Source: Yuukianura sp. NJ FZ-2021
Taxonomy: Eukaryota
DNA: 64,000 nucleotides
Direction: 5' to 3'
Assembly: GCA_046563655.1 (NCBI GenBank)
Contig: CM102283.1
Span: 9,672,001-9,736,000 of the forward strand
In this document: positions 41,548-52,500 of the stretch, one piece after another
How the letters are laid out: the number at the start of each line of letters is the position of its first letter
Numbering within the stretch: the stretch's first letter is position 1
Translations under genes and position numbers: made by a program
Notes under the pieces: model-generated
Seen by the model: the letters and a program-made list of their open reading frames with translations, nothing else
Database searches by the model: none
What the model was told of the DNA's origin: nothing

Positions 41548-42311
41548 CTAAAGGCCCCGGAAGCTGGAATCTACTATCTTGAAACCATTTGAAAGCATTT
41601 TAACCCAAAGCCGAGCCACCAAATTGTTAATACTATGTCGTTGACATGTTATTCAAAATAATTTACTGCATTAGTTGTTGTTGAAATCATTTTAAACATT
41701 TTGACTTTCCATGCAGAAAACGAAATAAATAAACCGATACTTACCAGGGGGACAATTTTACGCTGGGTGGCAAACGTCGTCAGGTTTGCCAATACCAATT
41801 GGTACGCTGTTTCAATAATTCAATTCTGTCCATAATTTTGTTTCTAATTTTTACTTAGGTTTATTACTTAGGTGATTGTTTTCTTACTCTCTTGTGGCAA
41901 CATGACGTCGATTGTCTTTTGAACTGGCACATTGTTTTCAATGACCATCCCATGCAACTGGAACGAATTACGAGCCGGAAATTGTCGGACCACGCAATCA
42001 TTGTCCCCTGCCACGGCTGAGAAGTTCCCACTCAGCTTAACAGCGTTTCCTAGATTTCACAGTATCGACTTAAAATTAAAGACATCACCACTAATCTCCG
42101 GGTTGTCAAAAATATGTCCCTTACGGGCTTGGAGACGTATATTTGACATCCCTGACTCACGAACAAATTGAAGTCTACGTAAATTCTTACCTTTTTGGAT
42201 CTTGAAATTGATCTTAGGTCCACTAGTAATAATTAAGTGCCAGCCAATGATACTATTCGTAGGATCCGCGGCGTCGGTGATTCCAATGGTTGGAAAATTT
42301 AGCTTGGACAT
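41548..42311 (-). CDS. Uncharacterised RGL-family protein, copy C, 124 aa; complement(join(41548..41577,41745..41806,41888..42049,42191..42311))
   Basis: Exons are 121/162/62/30 nt, GT-AG, phases 1,1,0. Product MSKLNFPTIGITDAADPTNSIIGWHLIITSGPKINFKIQKGNAVKLSGNF...TYQLVLANLTTFATQRKIVPLIVDSSFRGL*. Confidence 0.8.
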
Positions 42312-42437
42312 TGTAGCGGTCAACCCGTTGATGTCTTACGATACTTATTTCTTTAAATCACCTAAATGTGCACTTTTATTGCAGAGTAAAATGAGTTATT
42401 AAGAAAATACTTCTCCTTTTTGTCAACCTTTGCTAAA

Positions 42438-42645
42438 AAGCATGCCTTCAAATACAATTTACGCATGCGTGAACTCTTTTACACTCGTCAAATCGGTGTG
42501 TACTTGAATTTACGTATGACCTTCACTGACCTTCAACGGATAAATTTGAGTCCAAAATCTGAGCATCTAATTCGCTATAGTTTTTCATTTCATTCAATCC
42601 CGTAATTCTTAATCATCCAAACTTTCCTCGTCACATTTCATTCAA
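42438..42645 (-). promoter_or_regulatory. Conserved upstream block of RGL copy C
   Basis: ACGCATGCGT is at 42461 and TGACCT-tcac-TGACCT at 42517-42532. It is collinear with the blocks upstream of copies A and D. Confidence 0.6.
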
Positions 42646-45600
42646 CTCTCACAACATTGATGACTAACGTTTCAAAGAAAAATCAAATGAGGCAAATTAA
42701 TTTTTCATTACAAAATATCCAATCACAAGTTTTCAAAATTCACTACAATTGAGCTAGAAACTGTTCAACTTTTCATTTTTGGAAACTTCATTGAATCGAC
42801 TTGAAAAACTAAAATTAGAGTTTTTAGGGCACCAGAATTTTGAAAAGTTGAATTTGATTGGTTTTCTCTTCATGACATTTAATATCACCCCAGAAAAAAG
42901 TTTTGACTTGTACTAATAAAACCATTTCTTAAAAAAGTTTCCTGACTGAACATTTACAACACTCAAAAAAACTAAGAAGCTTAAGCAGTGTCTCTTTCAA
43001 ACGGAAATTTGGTTGTAAAATTCAAAAAAGTTTAAGATTTTAATCAAAATGTTGAAGATTCGTCAGAGATTTCCTTACGTCATCATCTCAACGTTAAAGC
43101 CTAACATTTTTAATTAGGTTAACTACAAACAATCCCTATCCAAACATCACATTTACTTTGCGTGTGGCCAATTAAAACGCACCAAAAATTTTTTGAATAG
43201 AACATAAAAATTTTCCATTTGAACATTTTAAAAAACATCTCTAACTTTCTTTTCAATTCTGAACCCCTTCTCTAAATCCAAAAATTTGACGAGTGACATT
43301 TATTAAAACACTTAAATTTTAAAACCGAAAACAAAGGAATGGAAATATTTAGTGAACATTCAGAAATGCCGTTTCATTTCGAAATTGAAATTCCAGCCTA
43401 CTGTACCTTTTTGAAAATCCCACCATTTGAAAGTTTTTTGAAATTCAGTGAAGGTGTTTGTGCCTGGATGACGTTAGTTTTGAGTTGAAGTGAATGGAAT
43501 TAATTGAGGGGAGATTCATTAATATGAGACGAGTGACATGAGGGGGGATCGAGGTTTCCTTTGACTCTGCTTTCACCGAAGCTGTTTGGAAGTTGGCGGG
43601 AGAAAGTCGGGGAAAAGAGTGGACTGTAATCAGTTAATTGAGCAAATTAGAAGCAGAGGAGAGAAGAATGGAATTCGGAGCGAAAGAAGAGAGTTGGAGA
43701 AGAAACAAAAGGAAGGATTGACACTTTGTCTAATTAGAAAAGCAAATTAATTCTCTTTTCAAATCCTCCCGCCTAAAAACTTTCTCTCCTTTCTATCCGC
43801 TCGAAACAAAAGGAGAGAAGGAGCTCTCGTTCCCATTCATCAAATTATAATTCCCTCCTATTTGCTTTTCCAATTATGCGGAAACGGAATTAACCTCTTT
43901 AGCAGTGACATATCTAGGCTAACAAACCGAGTTGTTCCCAGCTCCAATCCCAGTCGGCGCATGGCAAAAACAAAAGAAATAGTTTTGGAAAATGAAACGG
44001 AGTTAGATCAACTCTGGAGAGAAAAAGGCGATGAATTTTCAAAAAAAGACCTTGATTTTGAAAGTTAGAATTTTGAAGGTGGGGCTCGTTGGTGGGGCTT
44101 GTTAGGCTGGTGGCTCATTAGGTGGCTGAGGTGGGGCTGGAAGGAAAGGGACTATAACCACAGGGTTTAATTGGTAATTAGCGTCTTTCTGGGAATGGGA
44201 AGGTGGAGACAATTGGATGGTGGGGCTGCGGAGCCACCAAAAGTTGAGGGGATCCTGTTCCAATTATGAGCCACCAGAGGATGCGGGATCCTTTTGATTA
44301 GCTCCCTCCTCATCTTCTTCCTTTGACATCTTGACATTTCTCAGAACAAACCAAAGTTTAATTAGACATCTTCCTAAAACATAACCTAACATTTCACAAA
44401 AGCTAGGTTTTCAACATAAATCAACGTTGTTTTAACAAATGATGTTAGTTTTAACACACTAAATTTAAATTTAACAAGGTAAAATGGTTTAAGTAGAATT
44501 GTAATGTTATGTCAACTTAGTTTTTTGAGTAATGATTTTTAAACAATTGAGGCTTTTGTGACATGTGACTTTTGGGATTTGGAGGAGAAAAGAGTGGAGA
44601 AAGTGGGATAAGAACTTTTTTGTTCATTACGTTTAGTTTACTCAAAGTTAAGTTTACTTTAACTTAAGTTGGTTTACTTTAGTTTAACTCAGTTTGAGAG
44701 GTCTCGTACTAATCATACCTAAATATTGACCAATTACACTAACGAGCTCCCTCAACAGTCCCCTTCCCACATCTTTTCAGTCTCCCCAAATAAGGGTTTG
44801 AGTCACTTTCAAAATTCCCGCCAAAAAAAAGTTTTCCACAAAACTGAAACCGACGGTTTTGGAAAAAACTCCACCGTGCAGTCAACGACCTATTCAAAAA
44901 GTGGGGTCAAAATTTAGAACAAATGGAATTTTTTAAAGAAAAGTTAAGTAGATTTGGACCTCGAGAACAAAAGTGAAGCTTAGTGGACTCAAACTCAAGT
45001 TTTGTCCTGAACAAAATCGGGATAATTTTTTTTAGAAAAGGTTCCAACTCTTTCTTAAGTGGAGGATTATTGACACTTTGAATAAGCGCAAGTCTTAAAA
45101 TATGCTTTTCACCTTTTTTGTAAAAGTAAAAAGTATTTGTGAAACTGACACGTTGTTAGCTCCTGCGGAAACTGTGCTCAAAGTGACCAGAAGGAGGTTT
45201 GGAAGTGACGGTTGCAAGAAATGGCAACTTGAAAAAGTCAATTTCCATTTCAAATTGAAAAGATATGCAAAAAGGAAGGGATTTTAGCCACTTTGAATGT
45301 TATAGTGACTAGTGCAGAAAAAAAAATAGTTGAAAAGGCTTACTTGGAGAAAAAGGTGTCCAGGAGAAGAAGAAATCATTGACTGAAAATCGCAAACAGA
45401 AATTAAGAAACCAAAAATATTAATGCTTGCTTCTTTTTTCATTTTTAATGCTCAGAATTGTATTTTATACATTATAAAAAAAATAAATTATACTTATAAT
45501 TATAATTTAATTGACTGGCTGGGAATTCAGAGCCTGGCTCCAGAGTCAGGCTGGGAATCCAAATGTTGATTGATCCTCAGAAAGTCGTTTTTCCTTAAAA

Positions 45601-45733
45601 ATAAAATGGAGTAATTTAAAACAAAAAGTTTGTTTTTCTGTTGAAAATACAGCATTAATAAAAGGGAGCACTAGAATCTATTGAAAGCAGTCCATACCAT
45701 GTTTTGGACAATACCAAAGTCGTATTCGTATGT

Positions 45734-46465
45734 CTACAGGCCCCTAAAGCTGCTGTCCATCTTAAAACCAATTAAATGCATTTAACCCCAAGCGGAGCAC
45801 CAGAATTGTTAATATTGCATTTGCATGCTATTCAAAACTACTACATATTGCATTAATTGTCACTAACATTAATTTAATTTTTTATAATTTCATATCAAAA
45901 AAAATGAAATAAATAAAACGATACTTACAAGTGGGAGTATTTTTTTTTCGGAGACAAACTCATCCAGATGGGACAACACCTTTTGGTAAGCTGTGTAAAC
46001 ATAGAAGTTTGTGTTTAATGTTGTTTACAAATTTTATTTATAATCGTTTCCTTACTTTTTGGGTAGAATACGAGATTGATGGTTCCGATGCAGTTTTCGT
46101 CCGATTTTGGCAAATAAAATGGCCCCTTTATTTGTAATAAATTGGCGTCATCGTCCTTTCTTATAGTAGCCATTCTTTCGCCGGGTTTGGCTGCCAGTAG
46201 CCACCACAATTCTACGCCATTCACTACATTTGAAAGTAATGGATCAAAATGAACTTACAACTGAGGAAACAAATAATTGAGGAACAAATTCATAAAAAAA
46301 ACCCTCACCTTTTGTAACTCGAAATCTTATGCTGTCGCTCTCGCTATTAAGAATCTTTAAATCCGAGCCAACGCCAAGTGCACGCTTGGTTTCAGCATTT
46401 GAGATGCTCATATCGGGATTAAGAGGACAAGAGTTGTTCATGATAAATCGATCGCTGGACTGCAT
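45734..46465 (-). CDS. Uncharacterised RGL-family protein, copy D, ~137 aa; complement(join(45734..45760,45929..45990,46056..46223,46309..46465))
   Basis: Exons are 157/168/62/27 nt, GT-AG, phases 1,1,0. Product MQSSDRFIMNNSC...IRFRVTKVNGVELWW...TYQKVLSHLDEFVSEKKILPLMDSSFRGL*. The start codon is uncertain because several in-frame ATGs are present. Confidence 0.75.
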
Positions 46466-46710
46466 TTGTGATAATGTATTTTAGAACAAAAATATCTCCC
46501 TGCGGTGTGTAAATGTTGAGATGTGAGAATGGTGGGTTTGAAATGAATAATGTAGAACGGACTATTAAGAAAACCCTTCCTTTTCTTTTTGTGAAACTTT
46601 GCTTAAAACCATGCTTTCAAATCCAAATTTGCGCATGCGTCGCAATGTGTAAATTTGTTACCCCGGTGTATACTTGGATTTACCGTGAGACTTTCAACTA
46701 ACCTTTAACT

Positions 46711-46885
46711 GATAAATTGGAAGCACGCCATTGTTCCTAAAATGAATTGGTTCTAAAGTAGAATTGCTTCTGAAGAATTTGTTTCTACATAAACGGAAAA
46801 AGTTAGGTTTTCAGAAGTAATTTTTAAAAATGTTTAGGTTAGAACTAGGTGTTTTGAAGCAATGGCATATACCCGATAAATTGGA
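46711..46885. mobile_element. Small MITE-like foldback insertion (46722..46874) with an 11-bp target-site duplication
   Basis: GATAAATTGGA occurs at 46711-46721 and at 46875-46885. Internal inverted pairs are GCCATTG/CAATGGC and AATTGCTTCTGAA/TTCAGAAGTAATT. The paralogous promoters of copies A and C have a single site and no insert. Confidence 0.65.
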
Positions 46886-47735
46886 CTCAAAATGTGAGTA
46901 ACTACTGCGCTAAGTGCTAGTTACTCACTTTCATTCATTCCCCACATTCTTAATCATGCAATCTTTCACCACACCTTCACTTTCTCCTCATCTCAACATT
47001 TGATTCAACTTTTCATATTCCTGTAACTTGGACAGACTGCACTGGAATCCTGAACAAGGTCAAATAAGTTTACATTTTTAGAAATAACTTCTTTTTTAGA
47101 AATAATTGAAGATGGATGAGTCGTTTTCAAAAGCGAGAAGAATGTGGTGACATGTGAGGTCAAGGAGCTACAAATTGGTTCACACATTGGTTCAAGTTGA
47201 ACAAATCATTTGAAATCAAATGATTTCATACACGCCCTTTTCTAGTTTTCAAAAATTGGATTTCCCCAACGAGAAAATTGAATTTGATTGTTTAAAAAGA
47301 AAGTAGAACTTTCTCTAGCGTGGCTTCTTAAAAATTTGTTACTGTCATGTGCCATCTGTTGGTGGTGTAGTAGAAACTTGTGCAGGGAAATCTCAAAGTT
47401 GAGAATTTCCTACAAGAGATGGCGGGAAGTTTGAACTGTCCAATTCTTTATCAGTTCCGAATTCCATTGCCGCCTTGTTCATTTCATGTTTCATTCATTC
47501 TTACACCAATACTGTAAGTAAGTTTATAATTTATAATTATTTATTTAATTTGTGATTATATGTATAATATATTAATTCGCACTGTATGTATTTACTATCA
47601 ATCAGGTAACTTATAATTCAATTCTTTCACATTCTTGTTTTTTATAATTCACAGATTCAAAATCAGAACGTCACAACTTCGTTAATCGTCCTAGGTTTGA
47701 CTTGCTGTGTGTTGACCTGAGGCGTCAAGGGAACG

Positions 47736-48290
47736 ATGGCTAGTACAAGTGGATCATCATCTTCGCCGGCACCGTCCACATCGTCATCAGCAGGAACTCC
47801 ACGCCAGAACCCATTTCCGTAAGACTGGCTACGCAAACTTACCATTAGTTAATACTGAATGTACTAAATAGTTGATTAATCGTCTGTCCTGTGTTTTACA
47901 TCTAACAGGGAACAGTTCAAACCGAAAATCGTTGAACTTGGGGTAGACCAAGACACTTTGATGGAGGAAATGAAGTGCTCGTTCTGTAAACATGCTGTTC
48001 CAGCTCCGCTCCAGTGGGCCTGTAGATTTGGACATATCATCTGTGTCGATTGCTCAGCCATTATCCCGCGCTGCCCCTACGAACCACCACTGTCAAACGA
48101 TGCAAGGAACATGTGTCGCCAGCGATTTGTGCGAATTACGATGCCGCTCTACGACACTCTCTACAACACTTCTTTGTTCCAGTGTGCCTTCCAGTGCTAC
48201 GGATGTACGGAGACTGTCACTGGAGCAAGTTTCAAGCTGCACTGCAAAGATTGTCGTTTCAGACCAGCTGACCTCAAACCTGCTCCTTGA
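47736..48290 (+). CDS. SINA/SIAH-like RING plus zinc-finger protein lacking the substrate-binding domain, 154 aa; join(47736..47818,47909..48290)
   Basis: A Ser-rich N-terminus is followed by CSFC...CRFGHIICVDC...CP and then SLFQCAFQCYGC...HCKDCRFRP. This parallels the SIAH RING and the FPCKY..GC..HEELCEFRP finger. It has a phase-2 GT-AG intron, a candidate INR TCAGTT at 47451, a 5'UTR donor at 47514 and AATAAA near 48396. Confidence 0.75.
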
Positions 48291-49551
48291 ATTTCTGAAG
48301 TATCACAAGACATGACCCTGGACTTGACGACGGTATCCTTACCTAACTTATGTTTCGATTAATTTAAACTAAACCCAGGTAATGTTATTTCAGTTAATAA
48401 AATAAGGAAAAGGCATAGTATCTGTGCCATTTTGGACTGATCATAACACTTTCTGAGGATTGCAGAGATACTTTTGGAAGTGGGAGGAAGGGCGGGATAA
48501 TTTGAGAAAGTTACAAATGGCCCCCAACTTGAAGAAAAGGAATGGAAGAAAGGCTGCCTGCGGGAGACTAATTTCCATGTTTATTTCATGAGGAACTTTG
48601 TACTGGGGTGCTCTTCCTCATAAACTTCCAAGTACTTTCTCCAGTACATTGGCTCTTATCCAGACCAGGAGTCCTGGAACCCATTAGGCACAACAAACTA
48701 AAGTTGCAAGGGCGGGAAAATGTGACAAAAGGAAACGAATGACAAATCTCCCTTGTCTTACGGTTGTCTCCATTCCTTTCATCGGAGTCAGTACTCAATA
48801 GTATTCATTTTTTCAGAATTCCCGCTCAACATTTTTGAAACCCGGATTTTGGAACTCAAAATTTTCAATAGATTTTTTTGAAACTCGAGACCTTGACACG
48901 ATTGTTAACATTTTTAAAGTTTTTTTCGGATTTTCTCGCTTGACAAACGCGAGTTTCGCCAGAAATAAGTTTCGGAATAGGTTTGGGCAGAATATTTTTG
49001 AACTAAATTTTTGAAATTTAGTGAAACCAGAGTGCTTTGCTATGCGTTTTTTTTTTTCTTTCAGATCCATAGAGTCCGAAAAGTATTGACGATGTAGTTT
49101 TGCGCATGACGTGAAAAAGTGGGTAGGCAGACGAAGCACTTCTCCTCCTACATTTCATCCTCAAAAAAATTCGGAGCGAAAAGCGCCGAAGCCAAAGCGA
49201 AACAGCGCTGCTGACGAAAGCCAGGGTTTGGAAAAGAGAAAGTTTTGTAGCTGGTGACTTTGATAGTTGCTGAGAAAAGTTTCGTAACCTAAAAGTCTCC
49301 CCTAAAATATGGAACTTGTACAACTAACTGTACAAAATCGTGACACACAAGGACTTAAAGTTGTCATTTTCCACTAGAAAGTTGCACAAGTTCAAATTTT
49401 TCCTGATTTTGGTCAAATCTCAAACGTTTTGTGACACCCGGAAACTAAAAATTCAGTTTTCTTCTAGAATATCTTAATTTTTCTGGACAAACGTTAAGGA
49501 TTTTGCTAATTTTGAAAAGTTGGAGTAAAAAGTTAGTGTAAAAAGTTAGTG

Positions 49552-52500
49552 ATGTGCGCCGCACTAGTTAGTTCGAGTGGAGAATCGACTAGAATGGGCT
49601 CTCCTTCGTCCAGTGGCGTGTCACACAGTCACAGTGCTGGCCTTGGGCCGTTTGCACTGAACCTTGGCCTCAGACCACGCAGTGACCCCAACGGTAGCCT
49701 TCTGGGTCAAGGTCACCACCCACCGATGTCCAACCATAACCATCCTGGCAACAATGGCAACATGGCTGACACACCTCCAGACGTCCTCTTGGCCCTTCTC
49801 TCCAGGAACAGAGCCCTTGAAGGTACATTTTCACTTTTCAGAGCCATTGAAGCTACATTTTCGCTTTTCAAAGCTCTTCATGGTACATTTTTTCGCTTTT
49901 CTTTTGAATCAGAAATTTTTAGGTTTTGTATAGATCTTTCACTACACTTGAAAATTTTCATTTTCAATTTTTAATGTTCCGAGTCCTTACTACTCTCTTC
50001 AGCGGTTTTCAAAAAAATTTTGGAAAAATTAAATTTTGTGTAAACATGAAAATGTAATTTTGTAAAGGACTGTGAAATGGGAGCCTAAGCGTTAAATCAA
50101 ATCAGGAAAAGCGGCGGGAACTGAGAAAAGGAGAAAGTACAATTGAATTTGTGTATTGAAAAAATAAGTGGTGTGACTGGAAGGAAAAGGCGGTAGTGAA
50201 TGAAAGTGTAACTCAATTAAAATCAAATTATAACCCTTGACCTTACGCAGCCTACCCTCCTGATTCCCATTTAGATATGGGCATCCAAGGGCTCCCGGGC
50301 CCTTAACACAAACGTGCCAGACACACTGTCCACAACTTTCTCTCAACTTTTGTGAAAGTCAAAGAAATCCAAATCCCAATGCATAACGACACTCTAATTC
50401 TATTTAAATTTAATTTTCCAGAGTTGGGCATCCAAAACAGCCTGATTTTCAGAGTTGGGCATCCTCGTCTGATTTCCAGAGTTGGGCATTTGTTGTTCTT
50501 ATTTTAGACAAAGGGAGGGTGGGTATGGATAATTGAATTTGTTGAGAGAGGAAATGGAGGGAAAGTTTGAATGGAGAAAAAGTCATTGCTCACCCGCTGA
50601 GAAACGGGAAAAGTTAGACTCCCATTTATAATACCCGCCAACTGAATTCGGATTCGGATCAAAGATTTTCATTTTCAGACGTTTCAGAAAGGCTTCCTTT
50701 TTTTTTACTTTTTTGAAATCGAGGCGGGTAGATTAAATCAAAAATCGGATACTCAGAGAGAAAGTCTCTAGAGCAAACCAAAGATTTTACTAATTTTTGA
50801 AAGTAGTTTTCAGGGAGACATCAAAATTTTAGAATTTCAATTTGTCAAAAGTTAGTTTTTCATGGTAATTTTTGAATTTTGAAAAATCTCATGCTGAGAT
50901 TGACTTCCCCTGATTTCCATTGTTGTCAACCTGTCAATCCTCTTTTCCTTTTTGCTCTTAATGATTTCCGCTTTCTATTCAAATGTTTTCCCCCTCTCTT
51001 TTCCAAACACTTTGGTTTTGTGCGGAAGTGCATAGTGTTGTGTGACATTAAAACTGTTTGTTCATGCAGAGCAAGGGCAAAGGGCAACAGGTGCCTTCAG
51101 CAGTCAGGGGGACCCTTAAGGCTTCCACCCACACAAAAGTCACAGTCCAGCGCGTTTGTGCCTACAAAACGTTGGACTTCTTTTTCAAAAAGTGACAACT
51201 TTTGGAAAAAGTTGTCATTTTTTGAAAAAGTGACTTTTGTTGGTACCATTTGTGAGCACTTAGACTAATCAAAGGAGAAGTCCCTTCACTTATTGATTCT
51301 TTCACCACCGGTGGCTTTTCTAATCAACTAGAAAGCTACACAGTTCCATCCCATTTCACTCTCAACACAACAAATGTAGAACACATTCTCAACATGCCAA
51401 AATTCTAAACAAAGAAAAACTTATACAATTTTGAAACTTTTCAAAAAACTGAAATTAAAGTAAACCGTAGCCTCAACACAATTTAAAATTAGAACGGCTT
51501 TTTTTTTTGCTCTCTCAAGAGAAAGTAAGAGAAAGTTTTCAAAATAGAGCCAAAGCTGTAAATTTTTTTGAACGGCGTTTACTAAATATTTAAAAAACTC
51601 TTGATCATAATATGCCCCATTTTGAGTCACTTTCTGTTGGAGCAAGTATACATCAATTCTGGAAGGCTCTCCCTACGTTATGATATGTTTTATGCTAGGT
51701 TATGTTTTATGTTATGTTTTATGTAAAGTTATGTTTTTTGTTGTTAGGGATGCTAGAGTGGAAAGTGGAGGTATATTGATAGTTTAAGATGAGTTATGGG
51801 TGGGAGGGAGAAAGCGGCATATAATTATTCATATGGCTCAACTGGGAACTATCCGTAAAGTTAGGGAGGAGGGAGGAGGAGGGGGGCAAGTTTCCTTAGC
51901 TGTGGGGGGAGGGAGGGGGAGGGGGTGGTGGGGTTGCGGAACAGCCTCCTGCTGTCTACACTGCTGCTAGAAGGGAAGGTGGTCCCCTTGGGAGACATTA
52001 CTTTCTACCTTCTTCTGAAACAGGGAAGAAACGAACTTTCTCCTGCTTTCACTTTACCAATGTTACGCAAAATCCAGCACAAAAAAAAAGAACAGTGTCA
52101 GGGAAAAAGTAAAACTTTTGAATTTTTGTACAGAAAAAAGTACTAAAACTTTCTCAAAAAAGTTTTTGTGTTTTTCTTTTTTTACCTTGCTGCAAGAAAT
52201 CTTTCGTGGGAAAAGTTTCGAACTTTTTTTTTCAGTTTCTTCTTTCAGAATTTAAATATCCGTGCAATTTTTTTTTGTAAAGTGGATTTAATTTGTTGTA
52301 ATGATTAGAATTGAAGCTGTGACCACACCTACAATGTTGTGTCACGTGGCACTGACACTTCAAACCACTTTTTAAAAAACTTTTTTGAAAATGTATTGTT
52401 AAAATTTCCATTGTGTTGCGTTTACGTTACATCTCAATTGTTACATGCGTCTGCACCTTGTTCTGGACGTTGTGTTTTCCCCACAACAAATTTCAGATTA

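Noticed and set aside
44078-44230. Repeated GGTGGGGCT motifs
   Set aside because: Short low-complexity repetition with no further structure I can support.
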